64,000 nt of DNA from Negaprion brevirostris. Its lineage: Eukaryota. Location: positions 36,994,931 to 37,058,930 of the forward strand of contig JARDVH010000110.1 in the NCBI GenBank assembly GCA_030324005.1, read 5' to 3'. A model generated the notes under the pieces. It saw only the letters and a list, made by a program, of their open reading frames with translations. It had not been told where the DNA came from and searched no databases. Position numbers and translations under genes: made by a program. Shown here piece after piece: positions 25,494-39,222 of this stretch. How positions within the stretch are numbered: the stretch's first letter is position 1; every line of letters starts with the position of its first letter.

Positions 25494-27779
25494 CTATTTT
25501 TAAATAGTCATACAACATTAGATTCACAATACCCACTGAAAGCAACAATACTGTTCGAATTCTGAGACCTCTCACCATTATTAATATGTTGATATATATA
25601 CACAAGTCTGGAATTGTATAGACTGTGAATTTCTGAATGTTGTATGGAGTATTTCCTGTTTTTGATTAAAATTCATATTTATTAAATGCTATTAAAGTCA
25701 GTAAACGTACCTTAAACTTGTTCTCATTTTATCTTGCTCTTGGTTTTCATTTTGCATTCAAATATATCAAAACAATATTTAAAAGAAAAACAATTGCTGG
25801 AATCATTTTACTGAATAATACCATATCAAATTTGCTTGCCTTGTGCTTCCAGCAGTGAGCTAGACTTAAAGGCTTGGATCAGCTCTAGGCAGCTAAGCTA
25901 TGCTATTAATTCTCTGAGGAACTTACGTTAATATATCTACAATTAAGATGTGCAGCATATCACTATAATTTCTTTTTAAATATGTTAAAGGTTGCAAGTG
26001 AAGTAAGAGCAAGATGTGAAGATGCCCTGATGTGTTAATATCAGCATGAAAGATAGATCAGTACTTAATTACATTGCACAAATACTGCAATGTTTGTAAC
26101 ACTGCAGTTTGCAAAACAGGCAATAGTTATGATGAATTCCCCCATGCAGCCTATTGTGTGAGTGTATAAAAGATTGCAGGCATTCCAAATAATATGTATA
26201 ACCTTTCATTTCAAATCAAAATATAAATGCTGCTTTGAACTATAATAATCTGCTTCACAGTTCTTTCACAGACATTGAAAATGCTCCTACTATTTTTCCA
26301 GTGAGTAGCTAACCAAATGATGATTAAATAAACTCGGTGTCTTGGGCCTAGATTTTGACCAAAGCAGGATAACTCAGGAGCCCTTTAAAAATGACAGGTG
26401 AATCCCGATTCACAACTGGGAGTGCCTTTGAAGGATGCAGACTGGTTCCTGCCAAAAACCTGTGTTCAACATACCCGACCTGGCTGGCTTCCTTGCGGAG
26501 ATAGGCATGTCCTACTCCTCCATAATTCTCATGGAATTGGCCAGATTTTTACACAATTGTGATTCATAGCACCACAGACGAGTATGAAGCCTAGCCTGTA
26601 TGAGGATATCTTTTAAGTGGTAATTTCAAAGGATCCTCTTCATGTCCCAGGCCATGTTATATCCCCCCACTTCCTAAGTCCCTTGTTCCCCGATGCCAAC
26701 CTCTATCCTTCCACCCTCACCCTGTGTGCCTCATGTCCTGTATGTCAAGCTTTGTCCTTCCAAGTATTCCATGCTTGGTTGAGAGCCCAGACAGCTATTA
26801 TAATATGAGAACACCTGCCTCCCAGAGGGAGCATTGTTTGATTGACAGCTCAGGCTCTGTAATTTCTGTAGTCAATTTCACAATGTCTGGATGGGGCACA
26901 TAGTCTGTTTTGAAGATGGAGGTGATGAGTAATGGCTGGAGTTTGTACTTTTTCCCACTGGAAAAAAATCCCTAGCATCAAGGCAGCCTTCTTAAACAGC
27001 TCACCACTGTACATGGCAGCCCTTGTGGAAACCTCTGCACATCTTCCCAGGTTAGGTGAACCAACTCCAGCCCACACTCACCCTCCAGCAATGAAAGTCC
27101 CACCTTTGTGGGCACTTTCTCCCAAGGCAAGTGGTCCAGAACTTTCCCAACTCCACTTAGCAGTCTCAAAGATGAAAATTCAACCTTTAATCATCATTTT
27201 GAACTTCAGAACAATCCTTCAAATATTTCACATGGAGGGACTTCATTTTTCAACAAAATGCTCATGAGTTTTGCTGTCTTGTTGATTAGTAAATGTTTGC
27301 CTCATATTAATCTGTGTCTGTCACAGATATTGTCATTGGCACCAGTCACTTCTGCAAACAATTTGAGGGTTGGGAATTGGTTTTCAAATGCAAATCCATT
27401 ATATGGAGTTTTCCCCGTGCTGGTATGGGATAAGTTCTAGGCCCACCCAAAATTGCACCACGGGTTTCATTTACAGAAAGCTGTCCATGCCTGCCAGGTG
27501 TTAGCTGGCAGTTCATTGATGAAGATGATAGCCTTTTAATGTTGTGTTGCTGATACCAGTCCTCCGGGCCTTAAAAAGAAAGAAATGAATAGGAGGGAGA
27601 GGCATGACCAGGAAAAGAGGGGCAGTTTCTGCAGAAATCACAGCAATCAGAAGATGAATAGAGGAAAAGGAAACCTAAGCCAGGAAAGATCCAGAGAGAC
27701 CAGGCAGAGCAGTTAGAAGCACTCTTAATCCAGCTGGGGTACCATGCTTGATTCTATAAGCCTGTGCCCATTATCCAGC

Positions 27780-28110
27780 TAGCTCACATGATTCATACAT
27801 TTTGCTGCATCCCAGGTATCAAGGCACTTTGTCTCTCCTGCAAATTTGGATGAGTGGCTCCCAAAGGCTATCCCTTGAAGAGTGGCTGATAACCAAACTC
27901 CTTCACCTAAGAGCTGAGGCAGAGGAGAGGCATGACTCGTTACAACAGGAGTCATGCTTCCAGAAGGTGGTGTTGGAGAGGACCATCAGGATACTCAAGC
28001 TGTGCCTCCGATGTCTTAACTAATAGGGGGAATCATTGCAGTGTCCATCAGAGAATGTCTCCCTCATAGTTGTCACATGCTGTACCTGCACAATCTAACT
28101 TTGACCAGGG
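27780..28110 (+). mobile_element. PIF/Harbinger DDE transposase C-terminal fragment
   Basis: HDSYIL, KGYPL, YNRSHAS, VLERTIRILKLCLRCL, IVVTCCT.HNL match the DDE_Tnp_4/HARBI1 motif order; lies within a larger relic at about 26345-29170. Confidence 0.88.
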
Positions 28111-30614
28111 GGGACCCAGTGGAGGCTGAGGAGAGTGAGGCAGGTCCACAGGCCAGAGAGGATGACTCCAGTGATGGGTCAAAGGATAAGCCTGGGAAAG
28201 CACAGGGAATCAGACTTTGAGGTAAGAACATTCGGGGGAGGGATGCAAGGGATGCAATGATCCAGCAATCTTTTAGTTAGACATCCAAGGCACGGAGGTA
28301 GACACAATCCAATGAAATGTCTCACTCTCAATAAAACTTACCCTCAGACCCCACCCAGAAATGTCACACCACACAAAGCCCTGAGTTTACAAGCCTGTGT
28401 AACATCTGGCCAATGGACAAAGCATGCAGCCATCTCAGCCTATTGAATTGAGGAACATGTGACTTCATATTAACATAAAAAGAGCACACAAATATTCTAA
28501 ATCTAACAAAAAATTCTAAGGACTGAATACAAATGATGACACCCGTGACCCACTCCTGTTGTGCTTAAGGTTCCTTAAACTTATGCCCGCAGGTTCTGTT
28601 CTCGGTACCCCTCTGCAATGGCATTGGAGGCAGCTTTCCGACTATGCTGCTGTGGTGGCTGTGATGACCTTGATTGGTGTCCACCAGCCACTGGTGCCTG
28701 ATTTGGCTCCGGCTGTGAAGGATCCTTCAACCTCATGGCTGGGCACTCCTCAAACAACGTGGCATCATCAATTGCAATGGCCACTGGCAGTAACCAAGCA
28801 CGACATCTGCATTCACTTAAGGTGTGCCTGAAGCAGCCTCTCCNNNNNNNNNNCTCTCCCTGAGAGTTGTCATTCCGTTAATGGAGACGACATTGTGCTC
28901 AGTGCTCAGGGTCAATGCAGCACTTATATTTCGCATGGACTCCTCAATGACAGATATCATGGTATGCCAGTCTTCATTGATCTCTGCCAAACATCCACAC
29001 GCATCCCACTGGACATACACACCTGCCACCTGATGGATATCTCCAGAGGCTCATTGCCTGCCTTTGATAGGCACAGTGAGGAGGAGGTGGATGTGGTAGT
29101 GAGGGAAGGCCCAGAAATGGCAAATGTAGGGCCCCATGAACTGTAAATCCGCTTGTGCCTACAGGAGCGATCACAAAGTTTACTTCTAGGCTTTGGCTAA
29201 ATTACAGTTGACGTTTGATTTGTGCATTTAAAGAAATATCCCAAACATACTGATGTGTATTCCACACACTAGCTCAAAAGAACTGGTTAAAATTGCAATC
29301 TAGGAAGAAGCAATAGGATTGAGGGGATAAATTGCCATTGTCACTAGTTTTCACTGACTGCACAAGGTTAGTGTTAAATTTTATTCAAAAATTGTATTCC
29401 TTTTGTACAAATGCTCCATCAATCTCTCTGAAGGTACAGAGCTATGATGAAGTGAGGCAAGTCTTAAAAGAAATCACCAAACTATTTATTTCACTGTAAG
29501 GTGAACGTGCAGAGAAACAGTCGCAGTTAGGGTGCATTTAATCCAACCAGAACATAAAGTTTGTATACTTCCACATTAATGACTCGATTTAAGAAATAAA
29601 ATTAAATACAAAAATGTTGAGATGCAAATTCCATTAAATAGTAAAAATGCAACTGAACACAATGATCACAGATCCTGGTAACTAAGGGTAAAAAGCATTC
29701 TGAAATTAAATAAAGTGACAAATAAGTAATAAACTATCAGGCATTCAGCACTGACAATGAGTATATTTCCATCTGGCCCCATTTTCCGACATCAACAGTT
29801 TACATTTATGTAAAAGCACTCTTTTGTGTAATAAAATCTCAAGGCTTCTCACAGAATACCAAAGATTAAACTAAAGATCTGCACTAGGAGAAAATTTTGA
29901 AATGACTCAGCCATCCAGACAAGCCAAAAAAGTCTTTGGACATGATCTTACTGGCCGTTCAAGCCACACTCCTGCTGCACCAATGTCGGAGAATTTGGCA
30001 CCCAGCTGAATTTCCATTCACTGCAGCGAGGTGTGAAAATCTCATTGGGGAGGACAGCCATAACATTCCCATCAGAGTTTTCAGAAAACTGACTGTNNNN
30101 NNNNNNNNNNNNNNNNNNNNNNNNNNNNNNNNNNNNNNNNNNNNNNNNNNNNNNNNNNNNNNNNNNNNNNNNNNNNNNNNNNNNNNNNNNNNNNNNACTG
30201 ACTGTTTTTGAACCTTGCTTTTGGATTTCCACATCAGAGGGTAAGTGTTTGCAGAGTCATGTAGTGTACCTTTACCAAAGTGTTAACCATTCTTTGCCTT
30301 GGGTCTTTATAATTAAAAATCTATAAGGGCATTTTTGTCAAAAAGGCAATTTACTTAGGTGTTCTGACCAAATGGGCTGTTGCCAATGTTGATCTGCAAG
30401 ACTGCTTTAGCAATGTAACTTTAATCTTATGTGCTTAAGTTTTCTTTTCTTGTTAATTAATCTTTTAGTTTCTAAATTCCTGAAGGTACCACTGGATTTC
30501 TATACTTTTGTGGACATTAGCTTTTCCTCTTATTCAAAATTATAAGAAAAGGTTATGAGCACTGCAGTAGGGTTCCCTCTGGCACTGGCTTGCTCAGTAA
30601 ATGCCACCTGCTGT

Positions 30615-32015
30615 TGTAATAAATTCAATGACTTTGATGAGGGGAGCAATGACATGGTAGCTAAATTTGCAAATGATACAGTGATAAGTAGGAAAGTATG
30701 TTGTGAAGAGGACATAAGGAAGATGCAAATGAATATAGATAGGTTAAGTAAATGAACAAAAATCTGGTAAATGGAGAATAATGTGGGAAAATATGAAGTT
30801 GTTCATTTTGGTAGGTTTATAAAAATGCTGAGTATTACTTAATCAGAGACCAACTGCAGAATTCCAGTGAGATCTCTGTATTCTACAGCATGAATCACAA
30901 AAAGTTAGTACGGAGGTACAACAAGTAATGAAAAAAAACAATGGGGCAAACTTTCCCATTCTGCCCACTACGGGAATCATAGTAAGCAAGGGGTAGACCA
31001 TGGAAAATTGATCTTGGGTGGGATTTTCTGGTTTTGGGGTGAAAAATCTCTCCCATAGAATTCTATCCTTGATAATAAGAAGAATTGAACATAAAATTGA
31101 ACATAAGGATGTAATCAAGATGTGGTCTCACCAACATCCATACTGGACGTTGGTGAGACCACATCTTGAATGCTGTGTGGCATGTTGGTTTCCTTATTTA
31201 AGGAAAGATGTAAATTCATTGGAGGTAGTTCAGAGGAGGTTGACTAGATTGCTACCTGGAAGGAGCAGGTGAGGAATGATTGGGCAGATTGCATTTGTTT
31301 CCACTGAGGTTTAGAAATAAGTGTGAGTTGATTGAAATATATAAGATCCTGAATGGTCTTACCAAGGTGGTTGTGTAAAGGATGTTTCTTCATTTGAGTG
31401 AGTCCCAAACTGGGATGAACTATTTTAAAATGAGGGGTCACCCCTTTAGAGATGAGGAGAAATTGTTTCTCCTCAAGGGTTATGCAACTTTCAAATTCTG
31501 CCTCGGAAGACTGTGGGTGCAGTATTTGAGTATTTCGAAGACGGAGGTAGATAGATTCCTGTTAGGCAAGGGAATCACGTGGCGCCACAGTGGCACAGTG
31601 GTTAGCACTGCTTCCTCACAGTGCCAGGGACCCGGGTTCGATTCCTAGCTCGGGTCACTGTCTGTGTGGAGTTTGCACATTCTCCCCATGTGTGTGTGGA
31701 TTCCCTCCAGGTGCTCTGCTTTCATCCCACAGTCCAAAGGTGTGGGTTAGGTGGATTTGCCATGCTAAATTGCCCCTTAGTGTCAGGGGGATTAGTAGGG
31801 TAGATGCATGGGGTTATGGGATAGGACCTAGGTGGGACTGTGATTAGTGCAGACTTGATGGGCCAAATGGCCACCCTCTGCTCCTTCTGTATGATTCTAT
31901 GATACTGATTCTATGGATAGATGGAAATGTGGAGCTCAAAACAGAAACAGATCATCTATGATCTTATTCAGTAGCAGAGTAGGCTCAAGGGCCAAATGGC
32001 ATGCTTCTCCTATTT
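30615..32015 (+). mobile_element. CR1 LINE RT-to-3' end with nested MITE (30943-31055) and HE1
   Basis: FNDFDEG...AKFANDT; YWTLVRPHLECCVACWFPYLRKDVNSLEVVQRRLTRLLPG. Confidence 0.92.
31578..31900 (+). mobile_element. HE1 SINE nested in CR1
   Basis: Full head, core and tail. Confidence 0.93.
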
Positions 32016-33394
32016 TGTATGATAATATGGTGCGTCACATTGCAACAAGCCAGCCAGGCACAGCAAACAGAAATCAGAGGGAACATTGGTCAGGAAGCTG
32101 AATAAAAAAGGCACTGATTTATTTCTCAGTGGGACCAACACCTGTGCAAATCTGGTACAGAATGCTGAAAGGACTACACAAATTATAGGATTTGTGCTCA
32201 TTTTACACTCAAACGCTCCATAATTTCTAGCCTCATTCTACCTTGAACAAAACACATTTGCTATTTATGCATTCAAATATATTTTATATGCCTGATGGAT
32301 AAATAATTCACAAATATAATCAGCATGTTTGTCCACAACTTAGAATTGTGTTTTTCTGTTTCACTGAGGATCCTAATGATTTCTGCTAGAAATATGTGTG
32401 GATTCCATATAAATACTGACTCAGGCCATACATCAAACTACAAAGATAATGGCCAGAATTTTACTGTCCCGCCTGCCATGGGAATCGGAGTGGGTGAGGG
32501 CAGACAATGGGAAGGTCCATTGAGTTTGTTCAGGATTTTACGGTTTTGGAACGAGCGAGGCCATAAAATCTCACCAAGTGTAAAGCACATTTGTAAGACT
32601 GAAAGAAAACAATCATTGTGTTTATTTATTAGTGTCACAAGTAGGTTTACATTAACACTGCAAAGAAATTACTGTGAAAATCCCCTAGTCACCACACTCC
32701 GGCGCCTGTTCAGGTACACTGAGGAAGAATTTAGCAAGGCCAATGCACCTAACAAGCACTTGTTTGAGTGTAAAATGAGCACAAATCCTATAATTTGTGT
32801 AGTCCTTTCAGCATTTTGTACCAGATTTGCACAGGTGTTGGTCCCACTGAGAAATGAATCAGTGCCTTTTTTACTCAGCTTCCTGACCAATGTTCCCTCT
32901 GATTTCTGTTTGCTGTGCCTGGCTGGCTTGTTGAAATGTGCAGTCCCTTTAAAACCATACTATCATACAAAATAGGAGAAGCAGGCCTTTTGGCCCCTTG
33001 AGTCTTCTCTACCACTTAATAAGATCATTGATGATCAGTATGTGTTTGGAGCTCCACATTTCCATCTATCCATAGAATCAGTGTCATAGAATCATACAGA
33101 AGGAGCAGAAGGTGGTCATTTGGTCCATCGAGTCTGCATCAACCACAATCCCACCCAGGTCATATCCCCATAACCCCATGTATTTACCCTACTAATCCCC
33201 CTGACACTAAGAGGCAATTTAGCGTGGCAAATCCACTTAACCCATACCTTTGGATTGTGGGAAGAAATCGGAGCGCCTGGACGAAACCCACACAGACATG
33301 GAGGGAATGTGCAGACTCTACACAGACAATGACCCAAGCCAGGAATCGAGCCCAGCTCCCTGGCACTGTGAGGCAGCAGTGCTAACCACTGTGC
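31593..33394. repeat. Inverted duplication, arms 31593-32214 and 32762-33394, spacer 547 bp
   Basis: Direct reverse-complement alignment; the ORF track shows MSTNPIICVVLSAFCTRFAQVLVPLRN on both strands. Confidence 0.95.
32620..32761 (-). mobile_element. V-SINE (alternative tail) truncated at the duplication breakpoint
   Basis: tttatttattagtgtcacaagtagg...gccaatgcacctaac. Confidence 0.85.
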
Positions 33395-33771
33395 GACTGT
33401 GCCTGCCTGGTTGGTTGCAATGCCCTGGTTTGTCAAATAAGAAATCTCAACATAAGTTCATGTTGTCCAAGCAAGCTCTTCTTGATCACTTTCAGGAGAT
33501 CCTAACTGATTTAGAATCATGTTTTGCCATAAGAACAACTTTGTCTCTCATGATAAAGAAAATTTAGCTTCACTCAACATAGACACTATTGTTTTGATTG
33601 CTTGTTCTGAAAGGAGCAATTAAATTGATGCAGTAACTTGATTGCAGGAATAGGATCATTGAATGCTGAAAATGAAAGTAGAGCATCCTTTTAGAGGAAA
33701 CCAAAAATTTTAAATAATCATATTGCAAAAGCTAAACCATTCTGAAGGTCTTTGTTTGGAGAGATTATTGA

Positions 33772-36200
33772 GGTTAATTTGACCAATAGGTGAAAACAAG
33801 CCCTAAATGGGTAAATCCTAATCAGGTTAGGTTATTTTAAAGTGTGGCTTCAATGCACAATTTTGTTCTAATTGCTGTTTTCCCTAATATGAACTTGCCT
33901 AGAGATGGTAACTTGAAACCTGGGACGAAAAATGTAATAGTGTTTGTAGGTCCAGGCATAAGGATGATGATGCCTGATTACCCTGTGCCCATCTGAGGTG
34001 ATTTAGACCACATGCCAGCTTTGTGCTGCCTGCTAATCACCATGATTGTGGCTTGCAGCCCAGCACTAATCACACTGTTAATCGTACTTGTTGCACATTC
34101 AACAGGAGGCCCAGGTATGTGCACAGCTAACACCAGTTAAAGCCAACCTGTATGACTNNNNNNNNNNAGTGCACTCGGACTGCGCAGGTTTGGATCTGTC
34201 TCAAGTAGCATTTCCCATGAGGAAAAAAGTAGACCAGCAAGCCCAAAGGGAGGATTCCCACGTTCTTTAATATGGGGCTGGAGGCCTTAAAAGGTGAAAC
34301 AGAAGAGAGGTGTGGGGCATAATCTTCTGGGTCTTTACATCAGCTGGATCTTCTGGTCTTGTTAACGGCCCCCGCTGTGGATTTCCTGGCGATATGGGGT
34401 GGAATCAGTGAGCAACCCCATAGCATACTGCTTCCCATTGCTGAGAAACACGCCACAAGGAACGCCACAGGGAGGCCAGAGCATCTTACCTATGATGTTT
34501 CCCCAGGGAGAGCAGGTTGCCTTCAAGGTACACATTGTGAAGTCAGCTAGAACAGGTAACCACTAAAATCAATTCAAAAAGTGTGGCCTAACTGTAGTGA
34601 CGCAAAAATTTCAATGATCTCACATAAATGGTCAGTGAATCTTCGAATGCTACTTCCTACCCACCAGACCATTAATACTATTCAATGCAGCATGCCCCCA
34701 TCATTCATTCACCTGTTAGCAATCTCTAACAATAAGCATCTACGCCTAACATTCATANNNNNNNNNNNNNNNNNNNNNNNNNNNNNNNNNNNNNNNNNNN
34801 NNNNGCATCTCATATCTTCAACACACCTTCAGTTATTCAGCTATGACAGGCGCATAATCCAATACATTATAACACACTCAGTGACACTCTTTTCTCTTTT
34901 TTACAGGACAAGGTAGCACCTTGATAGCAGAAACTGAACCCTTCAAAGAAGATTGTGTTGCAAATTATCGGGTTGGCAGTGACAGAGTTCCCGAGAACAT
35001 CCAGGATGATTTTGTTCCCACCTTATACACCTTTTAAAATCCCCTCATCTCGCAATCTGACATCAATTGCAAATGGTGTGAACATGAACTCCTACTTTCC
35101 ACCCACTCCTTGTATGCTGTATCTATGTTTTCAAATATCCAAAATCCACTCCTTGCCCAGCCACTGCAGTCCATATAAATGAAGGATATATATTCAAGCA
35201 GTTCTGATGAAGAAGCATCATCACTTAATCAAAAACCCACAGCCACCAACTCAGATATCTGCATTCCAGTACCTCAAGAGTAGTTTAGAGATAAAAAACA
35301 TCACGTGGCGAGATCCTGAGCATGACTAGGCTGTAGCCAGGTTAGTTTAAAAAGGAAGTACCTGTGTCAAAGGGCAGGATTGCAAAAGAATTCTCTTGCA
35401 GAAGGATCATATGAGGTCTTTGAGGAAATAATACACAGGAACAGGCTGATGGGAATCCACACAGAGATGCTTGATGCACTGGAAGTTCTATCACTCTGAA
35501 GGAGCATGCAAGAGTCTGGCTCTAACTTGGCACAGCGTTTTGCACTGACCTTGGAGCCCATCCTTTCAAAAGTGGGTGTGGCTGTCAACCCTTGCAGATC
35601 CTGTATCTGATGGTTAATGTCTCAGCTTCCATTGCAGTATAGGCAGAAGCCAGGCCAACACGTGAGTTCTGCAGTGAGGTACAGTCTCAGACATACAAGC
35701 AATTCTTCTTGTCTTGCAAACCCAGCATGCTCCCTTCCAGCTCAGCCTCCTGTCATCATAGCTGTGGCTACCTGTTCTGAAAAAGGGATGTGCAGTCTCA
35801 AAACAATCCAGCAATCTGTGCTCCAACAGAATATTGCTGAGGCGCTGTCACAGGGGCAGTGACAGCAGTTCTGTGGTACAGGAAGCTACTGATCTTTCAC
35901 AGGAAGACAGTTTTCATCCTCCACTGTTGCCAGCCTGTCAATGCCTCTGCTGATGCCAACCCAGCCTGAGATGGCACAGTCTGAAAATAGGCCCTATAGA
36001 CCCAGAACTGCTTGAGGGTCATCTGCAGGGAAATCTACAGTCTGTCCTACTGCAGGTCATCAATCTTCCACCAACCATGCTGCAGCTCACTGGGGTAGTC
36101 CATAGATTCAGTCAGGAAAGGCACTTGCAAGACGGGTAGTAAGGGATAGCCAAAGTTCAGTATAGTATGTATTATTGGAAGAACCATTGGAGAAAGCCGT
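33772..36200 (+). mobile_element. Decayed Harbinger element, Myb/SANT accessory ORF remnant, with a MITE at 34315-34490
   Basis: GLEALKGE...RLPSRYTL*SQLEQVTTKINSKS...KFNDLT, the MSANTD/NAIF1-like pattern; boundaries approximate. Confidence 0.6.
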
Positions 36201-36385
36201 TGTGCTTTGTTATTTTTATGATTTTTATTTCATATCTTTGGCCAAGGGAACACTGTGACTGTCTGTAGCAGACAGATATATGGAGTAATGGTGATGTGCT
36301 GATATTTTCGGGAGAACCAGAGGCTGAACAGCTGCTTACTGACAACCTAGCTGGTGCCTGGTTGCCTCCTTCCTTCTTTTGCTTC

Positions 36386-36535
36386 TGGCATAGTGGCACA
36401 GTGGTTAGCACTGCTGCCTCACTGTGCAGGGACCCAGGATCAATTCTGGCCTAGGGTCACTGTCTGCATGGAGTTTGCATTTTCTCCCCATGTCTGTATG
36501 GGCTTGCTCCAGGTGATTCAGTTTTCTTCTACATA
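36386..36535 (+). mobile_element. HE1/V-SINE 5' half
   Basis: tggcatagtggcacagtggttagcactgctgcc. Confidence 0.88.
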
Positions 36536-36544
36536 TAGAACTAT

Positions 36545-37125
36545 AGTTTCTTGATTCAGGTGTGTCTGAATCAGACAGGCAAGCCATTAAGATTCACCTC
36601 ACACTTGGACATGAAGGGCTACACAAGCTGAACACATCAGGATTAACAGAAGAAGAGCTGAAGAATCCCTAAAATATATGGACAACTAAGAAAACCCAAC
36701 TCCGAATCAGATTAAATTTCTATATTCATTGATTGGACTCCATGTAATTTTGACAATAACCTACAGAATCCATAGACCATGTCATCTATGTCTCTTCCTC
36801 AGAGCCACCATTTACAGTATTTTGCTTTTATTTTATGTATTGTAAATAGTTATACATCTTTGGAAGGGGAGAAAGTATCTTCAAAGTGAAAGAGATGTTT
36901 TTAAGCCTTTAAGGGGTATCAGCATGTCATCATTAGATGGGAAGTGTGTCATGTGATCCAGCCTTTGCTTGTGAGCAGAACATGGCTACAAACAGTTGCT
37001 GCCGATGTTTTCATGCGTCTTACCCATGTGTGTCTGTCATCATAACATCTAGTCTTAATAAGTGAAATCACAACTTGTTTACCATCCTGTTACGAGTGAT
37101 TGATGCCTTTAAATCATTATAAAAC
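36545..37125 (+). mobile_element. Internally deleted Gypsy remnant (gag fragment plus LTR)
   Basis: QAIKIHLTLGHEGLHKLNTSGLTEEELKNP*NIW...QLRIRLNF..H gag-like; purine tract ggaaggggag; LTR-like end aaaaca. Confidence 0.55.
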
Positions 37126-38377
37126 ATGATACTGGGCCCAATTTGTTACCCTGCAGATTTAGCAGTCAAACACTGCTTATATGTGCGTTATTCATACCCA
37201 CTTCCACTGATGGTGTGGTGGGGCAATAAGCATGTTGATAGATTATTCAGAGAACAAGCAAAATGTTGCACATATTCTCAGATTCTCCACTGGTGGTCCT
37301 GGGGAGGAGGTCCAAGGTCAGTGGCATAACCAAGGGCAAATCAGATCCATTGTAGGTCCAGGGTTCCTTTCTCAACAGGGGAAAGATACCAATTTCTCCT
37401 CCTAACTCTGTCTTTTGCAATAACTGACGTTGTTCAGTTGGATCTCACGTTTTCCTCCCATTCTCAATTCAGACCAAGGAAGACTCCTAGCAACATGCCG
37501 ATGATTAAAAATATTATTTTTGTTAGCAGCGTTTAAGGGGCATCCCAATGAATACATGAATGAGATGGGGATGGTATGATACAATGGGGATGGTGCATAC
37601 AATTTTTGTTTAGGCAGGCATCATGATTGGCGCAGGCTTAGAGGGCTGAAGGACATGTTCCTGTGCTGCACTGTTCATTGTTCTTTGTCTGGTGACTGCA
37701 ATAAGGTGTTCAAATAGATAGCGTACCATAGGATTTACTCTTCTTCATCTTCCGAAATTTCCCAGAATAAATATTACTCAAGTCATTTAAATTGTATCCC
37801 AAGAACACTCCTGTGTGTTTCTCCTCTTTGTAGTTGCATCAATTAAAAAGTGAATATCCTTTTAAATGGTGAGTATCCCTTTAAAAGATGCTTAAAACTG
37901 ACATCAAGTCTTTTTATTCACCAATAACTGGCTACTGTTAGGAAAGGGTATTCACTAAAACTCCAGCCAAAAAATGCCTGCAACTTCTTTAACAAAGACG
38001 GGTAGACATTTAAAGCAGCAACGTCTCCAAGATGCCCCTTCAAACTATTCCCCTTGAATAAAAGGGAGCAGATTTAGGACTGAGTTGAAGAGCAACTTCT
38101 TCACCCAAAGGGTTGTAAATTTGTGGAATTTTTCCCATAAGGGGTGAAGATACTGTAATAAGTGTTCAACTACCTAATGATATTGTGGGCATTAGACAGA
38201 ATGTACAAACAAGTTATGATAGCACCAGCGATTTTTATCTTAATCCCTTTTTTTGTACTTACCAATGTTAAATTGGTAATAGTTAAGTTGATAAACCTAA
38301 TGCCATCAGTAAAATGCTATTTAATGTAGCCCCACCACACCCCCCCCCCCCCCCAAAAGTGCCCGATTAAAAACAGC

Positions 38378-38498
38378 GGGCATGATTTTACTGTCACGCT
38401 TGTCCCAAAACCATGGAATCCCACCCGAGGTCAACAGACCTTTCCATGGTCCACCCCTCACCCATTCTAATTCCCTTGGGACAGTAAAATTCCAGCCA
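38378..38498. mobile_element. Harbinger-type MITE (family A)
   Basis: gggcatgattttactgtc...gacagtaaaattccagcc TIRs. Confidence 0.75.
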
Positions 38499-38954
38499 GT
38501 AGGTGGGAAAACCACTCCCATTCCATCGACATTACTTTGTTGGAGGTGATACAGATTTTTTCCAGTCATCATGTTACTTTACAAAGAACTCTCAAACCAT
38601 TTCATTAAGCAGTAGCCAAAGTATTCAAAAGTGGACAACCATTTCTGGAAAAGTGGCATCCTTATTGATCTCAAAGTAACGCTTGTTCTGGCAGTAAACA
38701 CAAGCTTATAGCACTGTGTGAAGCTGTACTGTTTTGACGTGACTAATGTTCAAATTAAGTTGCGTTTCACAATCTTTTTGCACTGTTAGATACATAGTAA
38801 AATCCTGGAATTGCTTTCTGTTCACTTTTGTGAGTCCTTTGCTATACACAGTGCAATCAATGTAAAGTGATTGCAATTTTTTACAGAAAGTCTGAGTGTT
38901 ATAGCAATGCATGCATGTTACATCGCAATTATTTTATATATTAGCAAGTTTTAA

Positions 38955-39222
38955 AGTTTGCAGTTTATCTATCAGTATCGCAAGTAGGCTTACATTAACA
39001 CTGCAATGAAGTGTTTGGGAAAATCCCCTAGTCACCACACTCCGGTGCCTGTTCAGGTACACTGAGGAAGAATTTATTATGGCCAATGCATCTAACCAGC
39101 ATGTCTTTTGGATGGTGGGAGGAAACCAGAACACCTGGAGGAAACCCACACAGACACAGGGGGAACATGCAGTCTTCGTACAGACAGTGACCCAAGCCAG
39201 GAATCAAACCTGTGTCCCTGGC
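38955..39222 (-). mobile_element. V-SINE with alternative tail (runs into gap)
   Basis: Same tail as 22520 and 32620. Confidence 0.9.

Noticed and set aside
29445-29794. TGATG...CATCA bounded segment, possible solo LTR
   Set aside because: No TSD and no second copy; insufficient support.
32325-32975. 216-aa ORF
   Set aside because: Spans a MITE, a SINE and the inverted duplication; spurious.
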